Part shown: piece by piece, positions 10,168 to 18,361 of the stretch
Layout: each line of letters begins with the position of its first letter
How positions within the stretch are numbered: the stretch's first letter is position 1
DNA from: an uncultured Bacteroidales bacterium
GTDB lineage: Bacteria > Bacteroidota > Bacteroidia > Bacteroidales > JAGOPY01
Reading direction: 5' to 3'
Length of the DNA: 64,000 nt
Assembly: GCA_964567785.1 (NCBI GenBank)
Contig: CAZMOK010000006.1
Span: 7,331-71,330, forward strand
The notes under the pieces: generated by a model
Told to the model about the DNA's origin: nothing
Databases searched by the model: none
Seen by the model: the letters and a program-made list of their open reading frames with translations, nothing else
Made by a program: the position numbers and the translations under genes

Positions 10168-11085
10168 ATGTACGAAAGATATAATCCAAGGGAAGAGTTA
10201 CTGAAATTTATCAAAGGCGGGTCGATCCTTTCGCGCCTGCTGGTTATCAATGTGGGGGTATGGCTTTTTGTATCAGTTATACTCGTCTTTGCTTTCCTCT
10301 TCAATGTTATGGAAGAAAGCGTTCAGCGTTTCATAATCGACTTTCTGGCTGTCCCCTCCGCACTTGAAAGGCTTGCAGTGAGGCCGTGGACACTTTTCAC
10401 CTACATGTTCCTGCACATTAATTTACTTCATATACTTTTTAACCTGTTGTGGCTTTACTGGTTCGGAAAGATCTTCCTTCAGTTCCTCAACCAGAAGCAA
10501 TTGCTGGCAACCTATATATTTGGAGGACTTGCAGGCGGTGTGCTGTATATTTTTGCTTACAATATTTTCCCGGTTTTCAGGGAAGCCCTCCCCTACTCTA
10601 GCGCCCTGGGTGCTTCGGCATCTGTTATGGCCATCGTAACGGCCATTTCGTTCTACACACCGAATTACTTCATACACCTGTTCCTTATAGGCAGGGTAAG
10701 GATCGTTTATGTTGCCATCGTTCTTTTCGTACTTGATTTTTTCATGATCAAATCCTCTAACGCGGGGGGGCATATAGCCCATATCGGCGGGGCCATTTAT
10801 GGTTTTATTTATGCAGGATACCTGAGGCGTGGAAAAGACTGGAGTCATTTAGTGGACCTGTTCAATCTGGGCAGCATAAAAAGATACTTCACAACCACAA
10901 AAAAGAATACGGATACAACAGGTTCGGCTGATTCGAGGCCTTTGACTGACGAGGAATATAACTACCGTAAGGCCGAACAACAAAAAACCATAGATAGGAT
11001 ACTTGACAAGATCTCCAAATCGGGTTACGACAGCCTGACAAAGGAGGAAAAAGAAATCCTGTTCCGTTCGAGCAATAAGAACTGA
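10168..11085 (+). CDS. Rhomboid intramembrane serine protease with C-terminal cytoplasmic helical domain
   Basis: HILFNL, GASA, AHIGG; C-terminal IDRILDKISKSGYDSLT segment. Confidence 0.88.
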   Translation: MYERYNPREELLKFIKGGSILSRLLVINVGVWLFVSVILVFAFLFNVMEESVQRFIIDFLAVPSALERLAVRPWTLFTYMFLHINLLHILFNLLWLYWFGKIFLQFLNQKQLLATYIFGGLAGGVLYIFAYNIFPVFREALPYSSALGASASVMAIVTAISFYTPNYFIHLFLIGRVRIVYVAIVLFVLDFFMIKSSNAGGHIAHIGGAIYGFIYAGYLRRGKDWSHLVDLFNLGSIKRYFTTTKKNTDTTGSADSRPLTDEEYNYRKAEQQKTIDRILDKISKSGYDSLTKEEKEILFRSSNKN

Positions 11086-11111
11086 TTGAAAGAATTCAAA
11101 TTTATTAGGGA

Positions 11112-12746
11112 ATGATAAAAAAATACAGGGCCCTTGTTTTTATTACCACTTTTATTCTTCTTTCCACTCCTGTGATTGTATTTGGACAGACAAATGAATT
11201 GCACGCTATTTTTATAGAAAAAAACCGTTTCACTTCCAATACTTTCAAGGAATCGCCGGGATCCAGGGACTACACCAATATCAATATTTCCGGCGAGAGC
11301 TCACCGCAAAATGAGCCCTCAATTGCCATAAGCAGGATAAACCCTGATATTGTGGTAGCTGCATGGAGGGATTTCAGGCTTGGCTACATTGAACCTGATG
11401 TGGTTAGAAGGATCGGCTATTCCCGGTCGACCGACGGAGGGATTACCTGGTCAACATCACAATTATTGCCTGATCCTACACCGGACCACATTTCTCAGAG
11501 TGATCCGGTGGTCATTTGCGATATGGACGGCAATTTTTATATTTCAAGCACATCAAGGCAGCCCGTTACTTATTATAACAGGGAAATGCTTTTATACAAA
11601 TCAACAGATAATGGCCAGACATTCCAGCTTCATGCCACTGCCGTGCCGGGAAGCGGTATCCAGGGAGAGGATAAGGAGTGGATCTTTGTGGATCCAGTTG
11701 AAACCAATCCAACCTATAATCAACTGATGATTGCCTGGAGAAGCTTCGGGCCCAGCTACGGTATAAAGTTCAGGAAATCTGACATCGGAGGTTCCAACTG
11801 GTCTTCCACGGTGAATGTAAGTGATTTTGGCAGCGGCCAGGGAGCAAACGTGGCCACAGGTACAGATGGACAGATCATTGTAGTGTGGACCGATTACGGG
11901 ATCAATTACGATATTTCCTATGATAATGGTATCAGTTTTGGTTCCGACAGGTCCCTCTCTACTGCATATGGTAGTCCTAACAATTCATTTCCCTTTATCT
12001 GCGTGGATTATTCAGATGAAGCCACAAGGGGAAATGTATATGTTGTATGGGCCGATAACAGGCTCGGAAGCGATGATATCTGGTTCCAGCGCTCGGAAGA
12101 TGGAGGGGAAACCTGGCTCGACCAGCCTGTAAGGATCAATGCTTCCACTGCCTACCATCAGACCTGGCCGGTTATCAGGTGCGATTCTGATGGCACTTTG
12201 TATTCAATTTACTATGATGAAGGTGTAACTCCCGGATTGCTTACAACAAAACTGGCTTTCTCGGATGATGCAGGTGATACCTGGACCAACCAAATATTAA
12301 GTGATGTGGCTTTCCAGGGGAATGCACCTAATTCGAATGTAAGGTTTGGCGATTATATAGAACTGGATACTTATGATGGCAAAGTGATACCTGTCTGGAC
12401 CGACGACCGGGCCGGGGGGTATGACCAGGAGATCTACACTGCCATTGTCGACATAACATCCTTTACAGATGAAAACCCCGTTCAAGCGCCGGGCATCAGG
12501 GCAACAGCTTCTCCCAATCCTTTTTATTCAAGTTCAAGATTAGAACTTTCGATCGAAAAAGGCCAGATGATACAGATCTATCTGCACGGTCCTCATGCAA
12601 ACAGGATTGAAACAATTGAAAACAGGTACTTTGAAACCGGGGATCATATTATGACTTTTGGCAAAGGACTTGCGGCAGGCTTCTATTATCTCGTTATTGT
12701 TTCGGAAGAAGCACAGAAGTCGATAGTCAAGGTTGTGAAAATTTAA
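11112..12746 (+). CDS. Secreted BNR/Asp-box beta-propeller (sialidase-like fold) with T9SS type A C-terminal domain
   Basis: Signal peptide ending VFG|Q; Asp-boxes STDGGITW, STDNGQTF, SYDNGISF, SEDGGETW, SDDAGDTW; CTD SPNPF...GFYYLVI...VVKI. Confidence 0.8.
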   Translation: MIKKYRALVFITTFILLSTPVIVFGQTNELHAIFIEKNRFTSNTFKESPGSRDYTNINISGESSPQNEPSIAISRINPDIVVAAWRDFRLGYIEPDVVRRIGYSRSTDGGITWSTSQLLPDPTPDHISQSDPVVICDMDGNFYISSTSRQPVTYYNREMLLYKSTDNGQTFQLHATAVPGSGIQGEDKEWIFVDPVETNPTYNQLMIAWRSFGPSYGIKFRKSDIGGSNWSSTVNVSDFGSGQGANVATGTDGQIIVVWTDYGINYDISYDNGISFGSDRSLSTAYGSPNNSFPFICVDYSDEATRGNVYVVWADNRLGSDDIWFQRSEDGGETWLDQPVRINASTAYHQTWPVIRCDSDGTLYSIYYDEGVTPGLLTTKLAFSDDAGDTWTNQILSDVAFQGNAPNSNVRFGDYIELDTYDGKVIPVWTDDRAGGYDQEIYTAIVDITSFTDENPVQAPGIRATASPNPFYSSSRLELSIEKGQMIQIYLHGPHANRIETIENRYFETGDHIMTFGKGLAAGFYYLVIVSEEAQKSIVKVVKI

Positions 12747-12776
12747 TAGTATTACCGGGAAAATCTCTCAATAGCA

Positions 12777-13889
12777 ATGAGGAGCAAAAAGCGCAGATTT
12801 TCTGTATTCACTTTCCTGCTTTTCGTGATCAATTTACTGGCAGTACTGTTATTGCTGTCCTCATACCTCTTTTCGTTCGTTAATCCCGGAAAATTCTGGC
12901 CTGCCTCCATTTTCGGACTTGCCTATCCGTACCTGTTGCTTACCAACCTTGTCTTAGTAGCGATCTGGATCCTTTACCGCAGGTGGTACTTTCTGATATC
13001 CCTCATTGCCATACTGGCCGGCTGGAACTTCCTGAACAGAAATCTTACCTTTAATGAGCGGTCAACCCTTGAAAACCCCGAAAGGTACCTGAAGGTAATG
13101 AGCTTCAACGTAAAAAATCTTGCAAACGACAATGTGTACCTGGAAAAGGCTGATGTCAGGCAACGTATCTTCAATTTCATAAGGGATGAAAAGTGCGATA
13201 TTGTTTGCCTTCAGGAATTTATGGCAACAGGAAGCGAACCGGAGGCTATGCTGGAGAAATTGAAAGACCATGCCAATTTCCTCAATTTCAGTTATACCGG
13301 TTATGTGAAAAACCAGGCTAAAAGACTCGATGCACTTGTCATATATTCCCGGTACCCGATAATTTCGTCGGGAGAAATAGAAAAAGATGAAAGACATAAC
13401 TACGGCTGCTTCAGTGATATTGTGGTGAATGATGATACCATAAGGGTCTTCAATGTGCACTTCGAATCCTACAGGTTTGGGCAGGATGATTATGAGTTCC
13501 TTAGTGGCATTGAAATAGAATCGACCGGTGATTCATTCAAAGAAGGTTCGCGGAAAGTTCTTGCAAAGCTCAGAAATGCTTTTGAGAAGAGGTCGGAGCA
13601 GGTGAACATGCTCAACGACTATGTAAAAGCCTCTTCTCTGCCTGTAATTGTATGTGGTGATTTCAACGACACCCCGGTATCATATACTTATTTCAGGAGT
13701 AACAGCCACCTGGATGATGCTTTTGTTGAAAGCGGCCGGGGGTTTGGCAATACTTATGCAGGCAGGCTCCCCTCCTACCGGATAGATTACATCCTGTACA
13801 GTGAAGAATTCAGTTCGTACAATTACCAGACTTATCGTATTGAACTTTCCGATCATTACCCGGTCAGTTGTTTCCTCTTACTTGATTAA
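12777..13889 (+). CDS. Endonuclease/exonuclease/phosphatase (EEP) family membrane protein
   Basis: Three N-terminal TM helices; MSFNV, CLQE, GDFN, RIDYI and SDHYPV motifs. Confidence 0.88.
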   Translation: MRSKKRRFSVFTFLLFVINLLAVLLLLSSYLFSFVNPGKFWPASIFGLAYPYLLLTNLVLVAIWILYRRWYFLISLIAILAGWNFLNRNLTFNERSTLENPERYLKVMSFNVKNLANDNVYLEKADVRQRIFNFIRDEKCDIVCLQEFMATGSEPEAMLEKLKDHANFLNFSYTGYVKNQAKRLDALVIYSRYPIISSGEIEKDERHNYGCFSDIVVNDDTIRVFNVHFESYRFGQDDYEFLSGIEIESTGDSFKEGSRKVLAKLRNAFEKRSEQVNMLNDYVKASSLPVIVCGDFNDTPVSYTYFRSNSHLDDAFVESGRGFGNTYAGRLPSYRIDYILYSEEFSSYNYQTYRIELSDHYPVSCFLLLD

Positions 13890-13929
13890 TTAGTTTCGGT
13901 TAACTTTGTTTACCCAGGCAATAAGTTAA

Positions 13930-14832
13930 GTGGATCAGGGAAATCATCATAAGAATCGGCCGACATCAGGCAAGAACCTGTTGATAGCCACTATCCTGAA
14001 TGCTGTTATAACAGTAGCTGAAATAATAGGTGGTCTCATATCCAACAGCCTTGCACTCCTTTCAGACGCGCTTCACAACCTGAGTGACACCATTGCGGTT
14101 TTCATTGCATACATTGCCAACCGGTACAGCAAAAAACCCTCCAACGAAAAACAAACATTCGGCTATAAAAGGGTGCAGATCCTGGCTGCCCTTCTCAATG
14201 CCGTTGTCCTGATCGTAATATCGGTTTATCTCTTTTACGAAGCCTATCACCGCTTGCTTGAACCTGAGCCGATTAAGGGACTGATAATGCTCATAGTTGC
14301 ATTTATAGGACTTCTGGCCAACCTGGCAGCAGTATTATTACTCAGAAAAGATAAAAAAAGGAACCTGAATATCAGGGCTGCGTACGTTCATCTTCTGGGT
14401 GATACCCTTTCCTCATTTGCTGTTATCATTGGCGGGGTACTTATATATTTCTATAGCTGGTACTGGGTAGATCCGATAATTACTTTTCTTATAGGCATTT
14501 ACATCATTAAGGAAACCTGGTCGATACTCCGGGAAACCATTGATATCCTTATGCAGAGCACTCCAAAGGGCATTGATGTAAAAAGACTCACGGAGGATGT
14601 TGAACAGATCCCGGAAATTGAAAACATCCATCATCTCCATATCTGGAACCTCGATGACCAGTCGATACACTTTGAATGTCACGTCGACCTGAAGGAAAAC
14701 CTGGATCTAAAAAGTGCTGAACCTATCAGGACGGAAATAGCAAAGATCCTGGAAGAAAAGCACAGGATCAGCCACGTCACTATCCAGTTTGAGCATAAAT
14801 GGTGTGATGATAAGGATCTTATCCATAAGTAG
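13930..14832 (+). CDS. Cation diffusion facilitator (CzcD/ZitB-like) transporter
   Basis: LSDALHNLSD and HLLGD metal sites, TFGYKR, C-terminal HLHIW...HVTIQFE. TAACTTTG box at 13901-13908. Confidence 0.9.
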   Translation: MDQGNHHKNRPTSGKNLLIATILNAVITVAEIIGGLISNSLALLSDALHNLSDTIAVFIAYIANRYSKKPSNEKQTFGYKRVQILAALLNAVVLIVISVYLFYEAYHRLLEPEPIKGLIMLIVAFIGLLANLAAVLLLRKDKKRNLNIRAAYVHLLGDTLSSFAVIIGGVLIYFYSWYWVDPIITFLIGIYIIKETWSILRETIDILMQSTPKGIDVKRLTEDVEQIPEIENIHHLHIWNLDDQSIHFECHVDLKENLDLKSAEPIRTEIAKILEEKHRISHVTIQFEHKWCDDKDLIHK

Positions 14833-14850
14833 GCTTTAACAAACCAGCGC

Positions 14851-16197
14851 TCAGAACAAGATCACTTTTTCGAATTCATTTTTCCTCAGGTATGCACTTA
14901 TGATGATCCTGGCATCCCTGTTATCTTCATAAGTTTTGATCACATCATGCAAAGCCCTTGTATTGCCATTCAGATAGCTTTCGTTCAGGTATCCCAGTCC
15001 GGCAAACCTTCCCTTCTCAACCTTGACCACTGAAAGTTCATCATCATTCCGGCCATCGTCAATTATGAAAAAGCTTTTGTTAAAGCCTGAATACCTGGAA
15101 ATTGCATCAATGACCCGGTCATTGTATTCGCCGGGCTTTTCCTTTCCTACACATGCCCCTTTGCACTCCCCTATCTGGTGATGGAAGCAACCACCTGAGC
15201 AGTCGTAAATACCACATAATTTCTGGCATAACTCAAACTCCGTCACAAGCCTTGAGAGGTGGTTTTTCCCCTCCGATTTAGAAGCATATGCAGTGAGCGG
15301 AAGACTGTCCATTCTTATTTTTTCAATTGAAAGCCTGATATAGCCGTCTTTCCCGGTATGTGAAAACAATCCGAACGAGAAGTCATTCCTTCTAAGGGAA
15401 CGGTTGAATACGGGCTTATGGGATTTTATTTCGCTCGATTCCAGTAATTGGGCGATAAGATCATTTCCGGTTAGTTCGTAGGATACATGAAATGACCTGT
15501 CCCTCATTTCAATAGCCCTTTTGGTAATATTGTTATTCAGGTGGGAAATGACTCTCTGGCGTATGTTGACACTCTTTCCGATATACAGTATATTACCTTT
15601 TTCATCAAGAAAATAGTACACACCGGGTGACTCGGGCAGGTTTTCGATCTCTTCACCGGGAATATTTGAGCGCACATCCCTGAGCGGTACCTGGTCGATA
15701 TTGGAATCCAGTTTCATGAGATGCTCGAACAATTTCACGGTGGAAAGAGCGTCGCCTCCGGCCCTGTGCCGTGCATGGTTGGATATTCCCAGGCTCTTGC
15801 ATAGTTTTCCCAACCCATAGGACTTCTGTTCGGGCATCAGTTTCTGGCTCAGCTTTTTTGTGCAGAGCGTCTTTCTCCTGAAATCGTAGAAAAGTCGCTT
15901 GTATTCATACCTGAGGAAGTTATAGTCGAAAGAAGCGTTATGAGCCACAAAAGTGCATCCATCGGTCATCTGGACTATTTGTTTGGCTATTTCATAAAAA
16001 TATGGAGCATCGGCAACCATTTCGTTAGTGATGCCTGTCAGGACCGACACATTGTAGGGTATCCTGTATGTAGGATTGACCAGTGATTCGAAATGGTCTG
16101 TCACCTTTTTACCGTCATGGATGTAGACAGCTATTTCGGTGATCCTGTCGGTTTTGGCATTCAGCCCTGTTGTTTCGATATCAACAATAGCATACAT
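14851..16197 (-). CDS. DEDDh 3'-5' exonuclease (Pol III epsilon-like) fused to GIY-YIG/UvrC-like nuclease
   Basis: VDIETTG, HNASFD and HRAGGDA; GVYYF...LYIGKSVNIRQRV; Cys-rich segment CQKLC...C...C...C...C. Confidence 0.88.
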   Translation of the reverse strand: MYAIVDIETTGLNAKTDRITEIAVYIHDGKKVTDHFESLVNPTYRIPYNVSVLTGITNEMVADAPYFYEIAKQIVQMTDGCTFVAHNASFDYNFLRYEYKRLFYDFRRKTLCTKKLSQKLMPEQKSYGLGKLCKSLGISNHARHRAGGDALSTVKLFEHLMKLDSNIDQVPLRDVRSNIPGEEIENLPESPGVYYFLDEKGNILYIGKSVNIRQRVISHLNNNITKRAIEMRDRSFHVSYELTGNDLIAQLLESSEIKSHKPVFNRSLRRNDFSFGLFSHTGKDGYIRLSIEKIRMDSLPLTAYASKSEGKNHLSRLVTEFELCQKLCGIYDCSGGCFHHQIGECKGACVGKEKPGEYNDRVIDAISRYSGFNKSFFIIDDGRNDDELSVVKVEKGRFAGLGYLNESYLNGNTRALHDVIKTYEDNRDARIIISAYLRKNEFEKVILF

Positions 16198-16206
16198 ACT
16201 AAAAAA

Positions 16207-17013
16207 TTAATCTTCCAGGTTGAGCCTTGTTTGTATTTCTTTTACCTGTTTACTGAGCTTATTGATGGTATCCACCAGTTCTTCTTTAGGGGCATTGGGC
16301 TCGGGGACTTCAGAGCTGATGTAGTTCACGAACTTCCAGACCTCTTTTATTTCACTGATATGGAGCTCAAATGTTTCGTATAACGGGTTGAGTGAGTGGA
16401 GTTTCAGTATGCCTTCCTTTTTAAGCTTGTTTTCAGCCACTTTGAACACTACCCCCTCTTCTTTGGTAAGGATGATATAGGGATGATGGTCCCTGATATA
16501 GTGCCAGTCGTCGACATACTCCCCTGTGACGTAAGCTTTGTCGGGTATCGGCAACATTGAGTCACCGCTTATCTGAAAGGTGCGGTATTTTTTATCCCTT
16601 GAAAGGAACGGCATGTGGAAGGCGGGCAGTACGCTGATATATTCCGGATCGGCGAAGCCTGTGGCATAGCCTGCTTTTGCGTTCTCGTTCACCAGTTCGA
16701 TATTGTCCCGGTTGGAACTGTCGACCGTTGTGGCGAGTATCCTCAGCTTGCTGCCCGACATATACACATCATCCCCTCTTTCCAGTTGCGACAACTGGCT
16801 TTCAAGCAGTTCCGAAAGGTCTGTTTTGATAAGGGTGTCAATCGATACCTTATAATATTTGGAGAACTGCACGAGGGCCTCCATTCCGGGCTGTGCAATG
16901 CCGTTCTCATAACCGCTCAGGGTCGACCGCTTCATTTTCAGGGCATAAGCCACGTCATCCTGGGTCCTGCCTTTCCGCTTCCTGAGAAGCTTTATGTTCG
17001 ATGCAAAATACAT
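16207..17013 (-). CDS. XRE-type HTH + S24 peptidase autocleaving (LexA/CI-like) transcriptional regulator
   Basis: N-terminal HTH (LRKRKGRTQDDVAYAL...LSGYENG); Ala-Gly site AKAGY; catalytic Ser in SGDSM and Lys in VFKV. Confidence 0.88.
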   Translation of the reverse strand: MYFASNIKLLRKRKGRTQDDVAYALKMKRSTLSGYENGIAQPGMEALVQFSKYYKVSIDTLIKTDLSELLESQLSQLERGDDVYMSGSKLRILATTVDSSNRDNIELVNENAKAGYATGFADPEYISVLPAFHMPFLSRDKKYRTFQISGDSMLPIPDKAYVTGEYVDDWHYIRDHHPYIILTKEEGVVFKVAENKLKKEGILKLHSLNPLYETFELHISEIKEVWKFVNYISSEVPEPNAPKEELVDTINKLSKQVKEIQTRLNLED

Positions 17014-17053
17014 ATTGATTTTTTCAGAAAAAATTTCTCTTTGAACAAAAAAA

Positions 17054-17093
17054 TGATTAAATTGTAGTCACAATAATGATTAATTTTTAATCA
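17054..17093. promoter_or_regulatory. Candidate tandem operators of the LexA-like regulator
   Basis: Perfect palindrome TGATTAA-TTT-TTAATCA (17077-17093) and imperfect TGATTAA-ATT-GTAGTCA (17054-17070). The first overlaps a - strand TACTTTTG box (17092-17099). Confidence 0.55.
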
Positions 17094-17203
17094 AAAGTAT
17101 ATCAAAAGAAAACACAAGGCAAGCAAAAAAAGGTTTTTTTTCACCTTTTAACAGTAAGTAATTGTATTAAAAGTAATTACAAAAAAATTCAGTTTTTGAA
17201 AGT

Positions 17204-18358
17204 ATGATCACAGGAAAAGACAACAGGCAAATAATACATCTCGACCTTGACACTTTCTTTGTTTCGGTTGAGAGGCTGATGAACAGTTCCCTGGCGGGGA
17301 AGCCCGTGATCATAGGCGGCACTTCCGACCGCGGCGTGGTGGCAAGCTGCAGTTACGAAGCGCGGAAGTACGGGGTACATTCGGCCATGCCCATGAAGAC
17401 TGCCAGGATGCTTTGCGGCGACGCCCTGATCGTGAGGGGCGACATGGACAATTACTCCCGCTATTCGAACGTGGTAACCTCTATCATTGCCGAAGAAGCC
17501 CCTTTGTACGAGAAAGCCTCCATAGATGAGCATTACATAGACATTACGGGGATGGAGCGTTTCTTCGGCACCCTGAAGTGGACAAAGGAGCTCAGGCAGA
17601 AGATCATAAGGAACACGGGCCTGCCTATTTCCTTCGGGTTGTCGGTAAACAAGACCGTTTCGAAGATTGCCACCGGTGAGGCCAAGCCCAACGGCGAGCT
17701 GGAAGTCCCCGGTGAGCTGGTGAAGCCTTTCCTGAACCCTCTCTCCATAAGAAAGATCCCGATGATCGGCGACAAGGCCTTCAGGCTGCTCCGTTCGATG
17801 GGGATCAGCAACATAAAGACCCTGAGCGACATACCTCCCGACATGATCGAGAAGGTACTGGGGAAGAACGGTATAGTGGTCTGGAAAAAGGCAAACGGTA
17901 TAGACCCCACCCCTGTTGAGCCCTATTCCGAAAGGAAATCGATAGGATCGGAGACAACTTTCGAGACCGACACCATAGACGTGGCAGAGATACGGCGGGT
18001 GCTCACGGGCAAGGTCGAAAAGCTGGCCTTTGAGCTGAGGAAAAAGCAGAAGCTTACCTCCTGCATAACCGTTAAGATCAGGTATTCCAATTTCGACACA
18101 CATACGCTTCAGCAGCGTATCCCCTACACCTCCTTCGACCACATCCTGATCGGCAAAACGCTGGAGCTCTTCAACAGGCTCTACCAGCGGCGGATGCTCA
18201 TCAGGCTGGTGGGAGTGAAACTGAGCCACCTGGTAGGTGGGGTACAGCAGCTCGACATGTTCGAGGACACCCCCGAAATGATCAGCCTCTACAACGCTAT
18301 GGACCGGATAAGGCTCCGGTACGGTAACAAAGCAGTGAGGAGGGCGGTGATCTTTTAG
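17204..18358 (+). CDS. dinB: DNA polymerase IV (Y family)
   Basis: HLDLDTFF, ASCSYEAR, SIDE catalytic acids; C-terminal clamp-binding-like QLDMF. Confidence 0.94.
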   Translation: MITGKDNRQIIHLDLDTFFVSVERLMNSSLAGKPVIIGGTSDRGVVASCSYEARKYGVHSAMPMKTARMLCGDALIVRGDMDNYSRYSNVVTSIIAEEAPLYEKASIDEHYIDITGMERFFGTLKWTKELRQKIIRNTGLPISFGLSVNKTVSKIATGEAKPNGELEVPGELVKPFLNPLSIRKIPMIGDKAFRLLRSMGISNIKTLSDIPPDMIEKVLGKNGIVVWKKANGIDPTPVEPYSERKSIGSETTFETDTIDVAEIRRVLTGKVEKLAFELRKKQKLTSCITVKIRYSNFDTHTLQQRIPYTSFDHILIGKTLELFNRLYQRRMLIRLVGVKLSHLVGGVQQLDMFEDTPEMISLYNAMDRIRLRYGNKAVRRAVIF

Positions 18359-18361
18359 CAT

